Notes: generated from the letters alone by a model not told the origin. Positions 8,762 through 18,921 are shown, counted from the first letter of the stretch. The stretch is 64,000 bases of DNA from a bacterium (GCA_963674965.2 CAXXFL010000002.1:128001-192000); one strand, 5' to 3'. Made by a program: numbers and translations.

Positions 8762-10636
8762 ATGAGCGATAAAATAAAGATGACTTTGGCTTTGGCGATA
8801 ATACTGGGCGCCCTGGCCATGGTGAGTTGGGCGCAGTCGGTCCCGCAACTGATCAATTACCAGGGACGTCTGACCGACGGCTCGGGCCAGCCTCTCACGG
8901 ACGGGGCCACCGTGGACTTGACCTTTTCTTTTTACGGCGCGGAACTCGGAGGCACGCCCCTTTTCCTGACCGTGCTCCAGGAGGACGTGGCCGTCAACAA
9001 GGGCATTTACAACGTGCTGATAGGATCGGGCTCGATCACCCCCGGCTCGGAAAGTACTCTGGCCTTTGTTTTTCAGAATCACGCGGACGTATGGATGGGC
9101 GTGAAGGCCGACGCGGACCCCGAGATGACGCCCAGGTCCCGGATATCGGCCGTGCCTTACGCCATGAGCGTGGACGTTAACGCCGTCTACGCGGCCGTGT
9201 GTTCCAAGCCCGATCAGGACGGTGACGGCTATATGTCGGCGCTTATTGGCGGCGACGACTGTCATGACGGCGATCCATCGATAAACCCCGGAGCCAATGA
9301 AACATGCGACGACGGCTGGGATAATGACTGTAACGGCTACGTGGACAAGGACGACTACACTTGCAAACTATCGACCTGGATGAGCGGAAGCACCGTGACT
9401 TCCCAGTTCGGCGTTTATGGTACCAAGGGGGTGGCGGACGCGGCCAACGCGCCGGGCTCGAGATATGCCCCGGTCTCCTGGATTGACGGCTCGGGCAACA
9501 TGTGGCTTTTCGGCGGCGTGGGATTTTCGGCAAGCGGCGCGGGCAATCTCAACGACATGTGGCGATGGGACGGGACGAACTGGACCTGGATGAGCGGGAG
9601 CACGATTGCGGATCAGCACGGCGTTTACGGTACAAAAGGGGTCCCGGACGCGGCTAATTGTCCGGGGGGCAGGAGTCAAGCCGTTACATGGGTTGACGGC
9701 TCGGGCAACGCGTGGCTCTTCGGGGGAAATGGATATGGACAGTCCAGTTCCGGTTATCTCAACGACCTGTGGAGATGGGATGGGACGAGTTGGACCTGGA
9801 TGAGCGGGAGCACGATAAACACCCAGTGCGGAGTTTACGGCACAAAGGGGGTAGCGGACGCGGCCAACGTGCCGGGCGTAAGATATTACTCCCTCTCCTG
9901 GATTGACGGCTCGGATAACCTCTGGCTCTTCGGCGGAGCGGGATACGGACAGTCCTACGTCGGTTATCTCAACGACCTGTGGAAATGGGACGGCGCCTAT
10001 TGGACCTGGATCAGCGGTAACAATTATCCGGACCAGAACGGAGTTTACGGAACAAAAGGAACGCCCGACGCGGCCAACGTGCCGGGCGGCAGGAATCAAG
10101 CCGTCTCCTGGCTCGACGGCTCGGGCAATATGTGGCTATTCGGCGGTTACGGGCTTTGCGCGACGGGGACCACGAGATATTATCTCAATGACCTTTGGCG
10201 ATGGGACGGGACGAACTGGACATGGATGAGCGGGAGCTCGGCTGGAAATCAAAGCGGCGTTTACGGCGCCAAGGGCTTTCCGCATTATAACAACGCGCCG
10301 GGGTCCAGAATGGGCGCCGCGGCCTGGGGCGGCGGCCAATCCAGCATGATGCTTTTCGGCGGAATGGGATACGACGAGAGCGCCATTCCCGGTTACCTAA
10401 ACGACCTTTGGCGATGGGACGGGACAAACTGGACCTGGATGAGCGGAAGCGACGTTAGGAATCAATACGGCGTCTACGGGACAAAGGGCGATCCCGACTC
10501 GGCGAACGCGCCGGGGGGCAGATACATGCCCGTCTCCTGGATTGACGGATCGGGTAATATGTGGCTCTTCGGAGGAACGGGATACGCCGCGAGCGGATGC
10601 ACGAGTTATTTAAACGACCTCTGGCGCTACGAATAA
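8762..10636 (+). CDS. Exported kelch/galactose-oxidase-like beta-propeller protein with MopE-type metal-binding motif
   Basis: Signal peptide; VPQLINYQGRLTD N-terminal module; DQDGDG...DCHD...PGANETCDDGWDNDCNG; six ~70-aa repeats (WLFGG...LNDLWRWDGTNWTWMSG). Confidence 0.85.
   Translation: MSDKIKMTLALAIILGALAMVSWAQSVPQLINYQGRLTDGSGQPLTDGATVDLTFSFYGAELGGTPLFLTVLQEDVAVNKGIYNVLIGSGSITPGSESTLAFVFQNHADVWMGVKADADPEMTPRSRISAVPYAMSVDVNAVYAAVCSKPDQDGDGYMSALIGGDDCHDGDPSINPGANETCDDGWDNDCNGYVDKDDYTCKLSTWMSGSTVTSQFGVYGTKGVADAANAPGSRYAPVSWIDGSGNMWLFGGVGFSASGAGNLNDMWRWDGTNWTWMSGSTIADQHGVYGTKGVPDAANCPGGRSQAVTWVDGSGNAWLFGGNGYGQSSSGYLNDLWRWDGTSWTWMSGSTINTQCGVYGTKGVADAANVPGVRYYSLSWIDGSDNLWLFGGAGYGQSYVGYLNDLWKWDGAYWTWISGNNYPDQNGVYGTKGTPDAANVPGGRNQAVSWLDGSGNMWLFGGYGLCATGTTRYYLNDLWRWDGTNWTWMSGSSAGNQSGVYGAKGFPHYNNAPGSRMGAAAWGGGQSSMMLFGGMGYDESAIPGYLNDLWRWDGTNWTWMSGSDVRNQYGVYGTKGDPDSANAPGGRYMPVSWIDGSGNMWLFGGTGYAASGCTSYLNDLWRYE
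9371..10633 (+). repeat. Intragenic tandem repeat, six units of ~210 bp
   Basis: TGGAC(C/A)TGGAT-type anchor recurs at about 9371, 9581, 9791, 10001, 10217 and 10430. Confidence 0.85.
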
Positions 10637-10775
10637 CGCTTCATAGGAATGACGGCCTCGACGCCGGGTGGATGAACCGCCCGGCGTCTCCTTTTTCTCG
10701 CCCTTTTGGTTGACACGGCTTTGAAGCTTTCATATATTTACACATTCCCTGGCCTGACGGCCGGGACCCGGCTTC

Positions 10776-12122
10776 ATGGAAGAAAATAAAAAGGGAAAAG
10801 AGCTTACGTTTATCCAGACCCTGGCTTATTCCGCCGGGGTGCTGCCCGCCGAGTGCTTTCCCCTGGTACTGACCAGCTGGCTGATGGTCTTCTACATCGG
10901 CAAGGACGTGAACAATCCCAAGTACATGACCCTGTTCGCCTTTGTCCTGGTCCAGTTCGTGGGGCGCTTGATGGACAGCGTTTCCGATCCGCTGGTGGGA
11001 TTTTTCTCGGACCGCACCAACTCGAGGTGGGGAAGAAGGATACCCTATATCATCTTCGGAACGCCCTTTGTGGCCATTACCATCGCGCTCGTGTGGTTCC
11101 CTCTTACCGACCATCCCTCCATGGCCAACAACCTGTGGCTGGCGGGAAACCTTTTGGTCTTCTGGCTGGCTTACACGGTGGTGGTGGCCCCCCATTTATC
11201 GCTCATGCCCGAGATAGCGCCGGGGGATAAGGAGCGCCTTGGCGTGGGCGGATGGATGGCCGTGTTCGGCGTGATCGGCATGGTCCTGGGTTCCCTGGCC
11301 GCGGGCATGGTCATCGAGGCGTTCAAGGACGGCGTGAGCCTGGCGGGCTTCCAAATAAAAGACGGCTACAAGGTCACGGGCATTATCAGCGGCTTTATCA
11401 TTTTGATTTTCTTCTGGCTCACCTGGTGGTTCATCAAGGAGAAGCCCTTTTCCGAGAGCAAGAGCGTGCCCATCAACTTTTACCGCGCCGCCCTCGAGAC
11501 CCTCAAGAACCCGACCTATCCTCATTACCTGGTGATGATCGCCCTGGTCCGCTTGATGGTTGACGTGGTGCTGGGAGTGGTACCCTTTTTCGTGGTCTAT
11601 TTCCTTTTCCAGCACGAGGGCAACGCGGGTTTTATTCAGGGCGCCATCATCGTGGGATCGGTCGTGTTTTTTCCCTTAATACTCTGGGGATCGGGAAGAT
11701 ACGGCAAGAAGAAGACCTTCGCCTTCGGGCTGCTCGTGTTCGCCTCGGTCATGCCCCTTATCGTTTTCGTGCCCGTCCTGCCCCTTTACACCCAGGCGTC
11801 CAGGCTTCTGGCCACCATCGCCGTGTTCGGCATGCTCGCGCCGGGAGCGGCCGCCATGCTGATATTGCAGCGGGTGATCATCACGGACATTATGGACTTT
11901 GACGAGAAGCGGACGGGCTACCGGCGCGAGGCCATGTACAACGGCATCGAGGGCCTGATCACCAAGTTCGCCGCGGGCCTGGCCCCGGTGGTGATAGGCG
12001 TGAACCTTGCTCTTTTCAATACTCCCCAGTTCCCCTACGGGATTTTCACCTCCATCGTCTTCAGCGCGATCATCGCCCTCATCGGCTACGTCGCCTTTAA
12101 AGCCTATCCGATCGAGAAGTAG
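10776..12122 (+). CDS. MFS transporter, MelB/GPH (glycoside-pentoside-hexuronide) type
   Basis: DPLVGFFSDRTNSRWGRRIPY and DFDEKRTGYRREAMYNG motifs; ~12 TM. Confidence 0.9.
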   Translation: MEENKKGKELTFIQTLAYSAGVLPAECFPLVLTSWLMVFYIGKDVNNPKYMTLFAFVLVQFVGRLMDSVSDPLVGFFSDRTNSRWGRRIPYIIFGTPFVAITIALVWFPLTDHPSMANNLWLAGNLLVFWLAYTVVVAPHLSLMPEIAPGDKERLGVGGWMAVFGVIGMVLGSLAAGMVIEAFKDGVSLAGFQIKDGYKVTGIISGFIILIFFWLTWWFIKEKPFSESKSVPINFYRAALETLKNPTYPHYLVMIALVRLMVDVVLGVVPFFVVYFLFQHEGNAGFIQGAIIVGSVVFFPLILWGSGRYGKKKTFAFGLLVFASVMPLIVFVPVLPLYTQASRLLATIAVFGMLAPGAAAMLILQRVIITDIMDFDEKRTGYRREAMYNGIEGLITKFAAGLAPVVIGVNLALFNTPQFPYGIFTSIVFSAIIALIGYVAFKAYPIEK

Positions 12123-12124
12123 CC

Positions 12125-12913
12125 ATGGCCATTGGAAGGTACTGTCAGATTACCGGCGAGCGGAAGCGGAGCTTCGAGGTCGTCGCCGAGGCCCACGGGT
12201 TGACCGTCACCTCGGGGGCCCTCATGAACGACGCGTACGGCGACCCGCCGGCCGGGCGGGAGGCGGTCCGGGCCATGCTGAAATATTGCGCCGTTTGCGG
12301 GGCCGAGCAGCCGTCTCCCGCGCCCGAGCGCTGCGTGAGCTGCAACGCGGCCTTGACGGCCGAGGTTATGGAGGAGGACCTTTCGAGGGTGGGCCGGAAG
12401 CCGTCCTTCTCGAGGCGGATCGCGGCCTTTCTGCTGGACGCGGCCGTCATCCTGATACTGGCGGGACTTACCGCTCACCTCATCGGCTTCCAGACCCTGA
12501 TCGAGTTGGGCGGGGCCTCGGCCGAGGGCCCGGCCGCCGGAGGCCCACCAGATATTACGGCCTACATGAAGGTCGGAGTCTTCATGCTTTTGATTGCCTC
12601 GATCATTCTCGTGGCTTACCATACGCTCTTCACCTGGCTGGCGGGTACCAGTCCGGGAAAGACGGCCATGGGCTACAGGATTTACCTTAAGAACGGCGAC
12701 CCCAGGATCGGCTTCGGACGGGCCCTGGTCCGCTCGGTCCTTTACCTGTTTACGCTTTACGTTATCCCCATCGGGCTGCTGCCTCTTCTGTTCCAGAAGA
12801 CCGAGGGCCTCAAGATGGTAATAATCGAGAACGACGCCATGTTCCACGACGAGTTGACCGACTGCCGGACCGTCTCGCCGAGTGTGGGAAAAGACCGTCC
12901 CCAGTCGGGCTGA
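12125..12913 (+). CDS. RDD family protein with N-terminal zinc ribbon
   Basis: CAVC...CVSC; RRIAAFLLD, SPGK, RALVR, HD motifs. Confidence 0.85.
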   Translation: MAIGRYCQITGERKRSFEVVAEAHGLTVTSGALMNDAYGDPPAGREAVRAMLKYCAVCGAEQPSPAPERCVSCNAALTAEVMEEDLSRVGRKPSFSRRIAAFLLDAAVILILAGLTAHLIGFQTLIELGGASAEGPAAGGPPDITAYMKVGVFMLLIASIILVAYHTLFTWLAGTSPGKTAMGYRIYLKNGDPRIGFGRALVRSVLYLFTLYVIPIGLLPLLFQKTEGLKMVIIENDAMFHDELTDCRTVSPSVGKDRPQSG

Positions 12914-13085
12914 GGCCGGAAGTTGTAAGTATGGGCGTGATTAGTCATAATATATATTGCCGGCCCGAGAGGGAAATAACGGCCGGCGCGCGCGGCTCCC
13001 GCCAAGTAGTCCCGGTTATTCGGGCGTCCTTCGGGTCATGTCCCTCGCGATCAAACCATCACGATAGTATTTAAGGAGATCTTGA

Positions 13086-14090
13086 ATGCGCAACTCGACC
13101 ATATTGGGGACCGGTTTTTACGTGCCGCCTCGCGTCGTCACCAACGACGACCTGGCCGCCATGTTCGACACCAGCGACGAGTGGATAAAGGAGCGCTCGG
13201 GCATCCGGGAGAGGAGGTGGGTAGACCCCGGGACCATGAGCACGGACATGGCCAAGATCGCGGCCGAGCGGGCCCTCGAGGACGCGGGCATGACGATGGA
13301 CGACATCGACATGGTCATCTTCGGCACGCTCAACCCTGACATACACTTTCCAGGCTGCGCCTGTCTTCTCCAGAGCAAGATGGAAATGGGGAACATCCCG
13401 GCCCTTGACATAAGGCAGCAGTGCTCGAGCTTCATTTACGCCTCGACCATCGCCGACAACTTCATCAAGACGGGCATGTACGACAATATCATGGTGATCG
13501 GCTCCGAGATTCACTCGACCGGGCTCGAGAAGGCCGACAGGGGAAGGGACGTGACGGTCCTTTTCGGCGACGGCGCCGGGGTGACCATCATGGGACCGGC
13601 CGCGAGCGAGAAGGAGGGGTTATTGGCCACTTGTCTTCACGCCGACGGCAAGGGCTGGGACAAGCTCTGCGTCATGGCGCCCTACGGTTACGTCGAGGGC
13701 AGAGTGACCGAGGAGATGATCGAGAGGGGCGACCTTTTCACGAAGATGGACGGCCGCACCGTGTTCAAGAACGCCGTGCCCCGTTTCTGCGAGGCCATGA
13801 AGGAAGTATTGGACAAGGCCGGCTACACCATTGACGACGTGGCGCTGTTCACCCCCCACCAGGCCAACGACCGCATCACCTGGATGGTGGCCAAGACCCT
13901 GGGGCTGCCCAAGGAAAAGGTCGTGTCCAACATAGGAAAGTACGGCAACACCACGGCGGCGACCATTCCCATCTGCATCCACGAGGCCAGAGGGGAGGGC
14001 AGGCTGAAAAAGGGAGACCTGCTCATCTGCGCCTCCTTCGGCGCCGGCTTCACATGGGGGGCGCTCCTTTGGAAATGGACCCTGGACTAA
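13086..14090 (+). CDS. fabH: 3-oxoacyl-ACP synthase III
   Basis: DTSDEWIKERSGI, QQCSSF (catalytic Cys), LFGDGAG, PHQAN, YGNTTAATIP, FGAGFTWG; RBS AAGGAG. Confidence 0.93.
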   Translation: MRNSTILGTGFYVPPRVVTNDDLAAMFDTSDEWIKERSGIRERRWVDPGTMSTDMAKIAAERALEDAGMTMDDIDMVIFGTLNPDIHFPGCACLLQSKMEMGNIPALDIRQQCSSFIYASTIADNFIKTGMYDNIMVIGSEIHSTGLEKADRGRDVTVLFGDGAGVTIMGPAASEKEGLLATCLHADGKGWDKLCVMAPYGYVEGRVTEEMIERGDLFTKMDGRTVFKNAVPRFCEAMKEVLDKAGYTIDDVALFTPHQANDRITWMVAKTLGLPKEKVVSNIGKYGNTTAATIPICIHEARGEGRLKKGDLLICASFGAGFTWGALLWKWTLD

Positions 14091-14112
14091 AGAAAGCCGG
14101 GCGATCGGAAGG

Positions 14113-14142
14113 CGGGGGCCGAAAGGGGCCTCCGTTTTTTTT
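14113..14142 (+). terminator. Intrinsic terminator after fabH
   Basis: GC hairpin GGGGGCC-GAAAGG-GGCCTCC followed by a T run, between convergent fabH and tatC. Confidence 0.6.
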
Positions 14143-14164
14143 CGGAGGGTGACGAGATTTTTCC

Positions 14165-15004
14165 CTATTCCGACTTTTCTTTTTCCACCCTGGGTCCGAA
14201 TATCCAGGCGACCAGGACCGAGAACTCGTAGAGCATCCACATGGGCGCGAAGAGAAAGAGCTGGCTCACCACGTCGGGAGGCGTTATAAAAGCGGCCAGC
14301 GTGATCATGATAAGGATGGCGTACTTCCTGTTCCTGCTTAGGAAAGCCGAGCTGATTATGCCCAGCTTGGCGAGGATAAAGGTGAGCACGGGCAGCTCGA
14401 ACACGGCCCCGAAGGCCAGCATCATCATGACCACGAAACTGAAGGCCTCGCTCAGTTTGGGCTTCCATTGAAGCTGGTCGGCCGCGAACTGGGAGAAAAA
14501 GTCGGCCACGAAGGGAAAGACGACGAAATAAAAGAAGGCCGCCCCTCCCGTGAAGAACAAGGTCGAGAGGATGATGAACGGGCCGGCGTAGAGCCTTTCC
14601 TTTTTATAAAGCCCCGGCGCGATAAAGGCCCAGAGCTGGTAGAAGATCATGGGACTGGACACGAAGATGGCGGCCACGGCGGATAGTTTCAGCTCGAACA
14701 CGAAGCCCTCGGCGATGCCGGTGTAGATCATGGTCGAGCCCATTTTCTCGAGGACCTCGGTAAGGGGCAGCATGAAGTAGAAGCGTATGGTTTTGATCGA
14801 GGTCCCGTAGATGACCAGGAAACAGCCGAGGAAAGTAAGGGCGCAGACCAGTATTCTTCTCCTGAGTTCCTCGAGGTGCTCGATAAAGGTCATCCGGCCC
14901 CCGAGTTCTTCCTCCTCGTCGAGTTCCTCCTCCTGGCCGGGGGCCTTGGGCTCCTCGCCGGCGGTTTTGTCTTTTTTGCCGGGACGGGGTTTCTTACTCG
15001 CCAT
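14165..15004 (-). CDS. tatC: Twin-arginine translocase subunit TatC
   Basis: MTFIEHLEELRRR, YQLWAFIAPGLYKKE, FELP, AAFITPPDVVSQ; start taken at MASKK. Confidence 0.95.
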   Translation of the reverse strand: MASKKPRPGKKDKTAGEEPKAPGQEEELDEEEELGGRMTFIEHLEELRRRILVCALTFLGCFLVIYGTSIKTIRFYFMLPLTEVLEKMGSTMIYTGIAEGFVFELKLSAVAAIFVSSPMIFYQLWAFIAPGLYKKERLYAGPFIILSTLFFTGGAAFFYFVVFPFVADFFSQFAADQLQWKPKLSEAFSFVVMMMLAFGAVFELPVLTFILAKLGIISSAFLSRNRKYAILIMITLAAFITPPDVVSQLFLFAPMWMLYEFSVLVAWIFGPRVEKEKSE

Positions 15005-15362
15005 CTTCCGGACCTTTTGTATTATTATTCGAAGAGTTGGGCTCGCTCTCGACTTTCTCGGGGACGGGAGGGTCATCGCTTTGCCGCTCGGCCTTTTGTT
15101 TAGGCTTGACGCGAAGTTTAGGCGGCACGGGAGGGGGCTTGAGAGGGTTCATCGCGTCTTTCACGCCGTCGATGGCGTCGCGAAACTCTCCTATTTCATC
15201 GGAGAACATGATCTCATTTCGGAGGTCGTCCGAGGCCTTGCGAAGCTGGCCCATGACCTGTCCGATGGTCCTTAGTATCATGGGAAGCCTTTTCGGTCCG
15301 ACCACGATGAGAGCCAGCACGAGTATGATGGCTATTTCCGAGTATCCGAGACCCAGGTTCAT
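14994..15362 (-). CDS. tatB: Twin-arginine translocase subunit TatB (TatA/B family)
   Basis: LGYSEIAIILVLALIVVGPKRLP; overlaps the tatC start. Confidence 0.88.
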   Translation of the reverse strand: MNLGLGYSEIAIILVLALIVVGPKRLPMILRTIGQVMGQLRKASDDLRNEIMFSDEIGEFRDAIDGVKDAMNPLKPPPVPPKLRVKPKQKAERQSDDPPVPEKVESEPNSSNNNTKGPEDGE

Positions 15363-15557
15363 GGATAGGTATGTTACTCGCGGTCCCTGGAAGAGTCAAG
15401 AAACTGGCTGTTTTACGGGAGAAAAGAAGAAATCGGGGCCGGGGCCTCGCCGAATGGGGGACTTGAACGGACGATTAAAAAGCGATATGATCGGCAAAAT
15501 ACATGGGGATTTGATATTAAAGCGGAAAAAGGCTAACCAAATCAGGGGGAGACGATC

Positions 15558-16322
15558 ATGAATTTCGACTTCAGCCTCTCGAAAATCGTAATGCAGGTAG
15601 TTATCAGCGTCGCCTTCGGCGTTATTCCTTTTGGACTCATCATCGCGGGCCGGCAGGGCACGAACCTTCGCGAGGAGGGATCGGGCAACATTGGCGCGGC
15701 TAACGTGTACAGGGCACTGGGTTTCAACTGGGCCCTGACGGTTTTCGTGCTTGACGCGGCCAAGGGGTTCATGCCCGTGATGATCGCCTTCCTCAACTTT
15801 CCCGGCCAGCCGATCGGGCGGGTGATCGCGGCGGTCCTGGTGGTGGCCGCCTCCATCTTCAATCCCATCGTCAAGTTCAAGGGAGGAAAAGGCGTGTCCA
15901 CCGCTTTCGGGGCCTTTATACTTCTGGCCCCCATCGCGACCGTCGCTTGTCTTATCCTGTGGGCCGGGATCGTGTTCGCCAAAAAGATACCCAGCCTGGG
16001 CAGCCTGGCCGCGGCGGCCCTTTTGCCCATTATGACTCTCGTCAACGTGTGGGGCAGAAACAACGAGATGAGGATAAGCTATATAGTCTGCTCCCTTATC
16101 GTTTCCGCCCTCGTGGCCCTGGCCCACTTGGAAAACATCTCGAGGCTGATGAAGGGGGAGGAAAAGCCCATCGAGCACGTCGAGTCCACGGGGACCAAGA
16201 TCACGAAAAAGAAGGGTGAAGCCAAGGCGGCGGCTCCGGCGCCCAAGGCCAGAAAAGCCCCTCCCAGCCTGGACGAGATAAGGAAGATGAAGGCGACCCT
16301 TAAAAGGGACGACGAGGAGTAA
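15558..16322 (+). CDS. plsY: Glycerol-3-phosphate acyltransferase PlsY with charged C-terminal tail
   Basis: IPFG, GSGNIGAANVYR, LDAAKG, FKGGKGVST, HLENISRL...E motifs. Confidence 0.9.
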   Translation: MNFDFSLSKIVMQVVISVAFGVIPFGLIIAGRQGTNLREEGSGNIGAANVYRALGFNWALTVFVLDAAKGFMPVMIAFLNFPGQPIGRVIAAVLVVAASIFNPIVKFKGGKGVSTAFGAFILLAPIATVACLILWAGIVFAKKIPSLGSLAAAALLPIMTLVNVWGRNNEMRISYIVCSLIVSALVALAHLENISRLMKGEEKPIEHVESTGTKITKKKGEAKAAAPAPKARKAPPSLDEIRKMKATLKRDDEE

Positions 16323-16344
16323 TATCCGGGAACTCTTTCGCGAC

Positions 16345-17034
16345 CTAGGGCTGAATAATAAACATTCTCAGGTGCTGCATCTGCTCTCCCCCCTGGAGAA
16401 GGAGAGGTTTCTCGCTTTGAGAGACCAGGGTCTGCACCGTCATTTTGAGCTGCGAGAACTTGATTACGCCGTCGGTGGGCATGAAAAGCCCCAGCGACTC
16501 GGCGTCGCTTTCAAAGGCGGGGTCGGTAAGGGGCCTCTTCGAGTGGATGAAGATAATGGCCCCTCCCGCTATTTGCGGGTCGTTCATTTGCTGAAGCTCG
16601 GCGGCCAGTATGTTGATCGCGTCCTTTCCATAGGCGTCCATTATGGTAAGGAAATGTCCGCTTTGAGTGTCGGGAAAGGCCCGGCCCGTGCTGGGCGGAG
16701 GAAACTGGACCCGGGCGAAGACGCAAAGGTATCTCCTGGAGTCCCCGAATTTTAAAGGATAGGGCCAAAAGCCCACGCCGCCGACGGCCGACTCGGCGTT
16801 GGATAAGAGACGGAAGTCGGCCGGCCTGAACCTTCTTTGGCACTCGCTCTGTACTCTTTGCAGATGGGATTGATACTTGGTCGCCTTCTGGCCCCAGGAT
16901 GGGTCTGAATAAGCTCCGGCCGGGGTGATGATGGCCCCTCCCACCTGGGCCCGGGTCAAAGGAGCCGCGGCCAGGAAATAGACGATAAGCGGCGTCGCCG
17001 CGGCCAGGAAGGAGCGTGTCAGGCCTTTTCTCAA
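16345..17034 (-). CDS. Exported hypothetical protein
   Basis: AAGGAGG upstream of TTG 17034; signal-peptide-like N-terminus. Confidence 0.7.
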   Translation of the reverse strand: MRKGLTRSFLAAATPLIVYFLAAAPLTRAQVGGAIITPAGAYSDPSWGQKATKYQSHLQRVQSECQRRFRPADFRLLSNAESAVGGVGFWPYPLKFGDSRRYLCVFARVQFPPPSTGRAFPDTQSGHFLTIMDAYGKDAINILAAELQQMNDPQIAGGAIIFIHSKRPLTDPAFESDAESLGLFMPTDGVIKFSQLKMTVQTLVSQSEKPLLLQGGEQMQHLRMFIIQP

Positions 17035-17155
17035 TTCGGTATCCTCCTTAGGTGCAAGCAAGACTTATTATAGCCGCCCCGCGTCGGTCGTCAAACGCCG
17101 CGCGGAATTTTTCGGACCGTTTGCGAGCGGTCCCGGCTGAAGGCTCGAGCGATAT

Positions 17156-17539
17156 CTACTTGCCTGTTTTTTTTCCGGCGGTCTTTTTTGCGCTCTTTTT
17201 CGCGGCCTTCTTTTTCGAGGGGATCGTGCTGGCCTTGGACCCCTGAGTCCGCGCCAGTTCCTCGGCCAGGGCCTCGTCCTTGGCGGTGATCCGGAACTTC
17301 TTGTAAATCTTCACCTTGGGGGCCTTGAGTTTTACCTGGCCGTGGGCCGCCTTGTAAAGATAATCGTCTATCTCATCCATTAAATCGTTTCGCTCCCCGT
17401 TCACGACCGAGATCATGTCGGCCGCGGCCAGGCGCTTTTCGTCGCTTAAGCTTCGGTCCCTCCTGGCGTCCTCCAGGTGCCAAAGCCTGACGTTGGCGAT
17501 GGTCAGTTTGTCTATAAGGCTTCCAAGCGTTTCAGCCAT
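17156..17539 (-). CDS. DUF4254-like protein with Lys/Ala-rich tail
   Basis: ETLGSLIDKLTI, LWHLEDARR, RNDLMDEID; RBS AAGGAG; tail KKKAAKKSAKK. Confidence 0.75.
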   Translation of the reverse strand: MAETLGSLIDKLTIANVRLWHLEDARRDRSLSDEKRLAAADMISVVNGERNDLMDEIDDYLYKAAHGQVKLKAPKVKIYKKFRITAKDEALAEELARTQGSKASTIPSKKKAAKKSAKKTAGKKTGK

Positions 17540-17634
17540 GTTCCGCTCCTTGTAGGTTGAATTTTTCTTCACTCGCCCGAAGTGAAAAGACATTTTAGCC
17601 TTCAAGGCTGAAGAAAACAATCATCCTCTGAGCC

Positions 17635-17810
17635 TCTTGCAAAATTCCCGCTTTGGAGTGCGGCGGCTCGACGCCGCTTTTCTTCCGAGCGGCTTGACGC
17701 GAGGCAAGCCGTTTTCTTTTTAGGCCTTGTCAAGCCAAGGCCATCGAAAGCGGTCTCAAGCGACCGCGCTCCTAAGCGGTTATACCGCGAAGAAAAAGAC
17801 TTTTGCAAGA
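17635..17810. repeat. REP-doublet/MITE-like element, copy 1
   Basis: Terminal IR TCTTGCAAAA...TTTTGCAAGA; TTGGAGTGCGGCGGCTCGACGCCGCTTT palindrome and an inverted partner; near-identical inverted copy at 61606-61776. Confidence 0.85.
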
Positions 17811-17823
17811 ATCTCCCTCTTTA

Positions 17824-18921
17824 TCATCCTCTTTTTTGGGCGGCCCTCTCGTAAAGCTCCACAAGTCCATCGGCCACCCGCCGGGCCTCGATTTCCGAGG
17901 CGCACCGGGCCTGACGGGACATGGGACATTGGTTGTCGTCGCAGTTGTCGCAGTCCCTGCCCGAGGCGGCGCAGGGGTTCTCGGGGCATTCCCTGCAATC
18001 CCTTCCAGGCGTGAAGGCCAGAAAGTCGCCCGACTCCGGCTTCCATTTCTCGAGGTGGTCCTTAAGGCCGCAATGGGGCGCGTAGATTATGGCCCCACCC
18101 GTTCCCACGGCGTCGGCCAGGTGGGACGGGCCCGAGTCCAGTCCGGCGAAGAGGTCGGCCCTTTTGATCAGCTCGGCCACCTCCGGCAGGGGCCATCCGA
18201 TGGCGATATCTTTGACGTCGGCTTCCCCGGCGGTTTTATAAACCAGGCCCTTTTCGGAGGGGGAGCCTATCATCACGATCCTGGCGTTTAGCCTCGATTT
18301 AAGCTCGCGGGCCAGCTCGCCGAATCCGGGCCACATCCTTTCCTCGTGGGTCACTCCCGCCGGATGCAGAACGACGAGGGGACGGTCGGCCGGCTCGTTC
18401 CCGAGAAGTTCCGCCACCTTTTTCGATCCCGCGTCGGGCCAGTACTCGAGGGTCCTGTCCGCGGCCTCGACGCCCAATTCCCTGACCAGCTTCAGGTTCT
18501 GCTCGATTATGTTTTCCTTTGCCGAGTACTCGATGACGCGGTTTAAAAGCTGGGGGAACTCGTCGGTCCCAAAGCCGATCCTGACGGGAGCGCCGGAAAG
18601 AAACCCTATCAACTGGCTCCTTATATAGCTCCTGAAATGAAGGGCGTGAGTAAACTTTTCCCTTCTCAGCCGAGCGATGAATTTCACGTAGCCGGGCCCA
18701 GCCTTCTGAGGTCCCCTCGAGTCGTAGACGATGAACTCGTCCAAATAGGGACAGGGTGCGAGAAGCTCGTAAGTGAGGGGATCGGCCACCATGGCAAGGC
18801 GGGCGTCGGGCCAGGCGTTTCTGAGCGCCCGGATGGCCGGGACCGCCACCAGGGCGTTGCCGATCTGGCCGAACCGTATCAACAGGACCCGAGGCCCGTC
18901 CTTAATTATTTTGCCCGCCAT
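17824..18921 (-). CDS. Glycosyltransferase family 9 (heptosyltransferase-like)
   Basis: RFGQIGNALVAVPAIRAL, LHPAG, DSGPSHLADAVG. Confidence 0.9.
   Translation of the reverse strand: MAGKIIKDGPRVLLIRFGQIGNALVAVPAIRALRNAWPDARLAMVADPLTYELLAPCPYLDEFIVYDSRGPQKAGPGYVKFIARLRREKFTHALHFRSYIRSQLIGFLSGAPVRIGFGTDEFPQLLNRVIEYSAKENIIEQNLKLVRELGVEAADRTLEYWPDAGSKKVAELLGNEPADRPLVVLHPAGVTHEERMWPGFGELARELKSRLNARIVMIGSPSEKGLVYKTAGEADVKDIAIGWPLPEVAELIKRADLFAGLDSGPSHLADAVGTGGAIIYAPHCGLKDHLEKWKPESGDFLAFTPGRDCRECPENPCAASGRDCDNCDDNQCPMSRQARCASEIEARRVADGLVELYERAAQKRG

Noticed and set aside
9371..10633. Periodic repeats as a CRISPR array or DGR template/variable pair
   Set aside because: In-frame coding repeats of ~210 bp with no unique spacers; no cas or reverse transcriptase gene in the window.
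14165..15362. tat locus lacking tatA
   Set aside because: tatA is often encoded elsewhere; this cannot be judged from one window.
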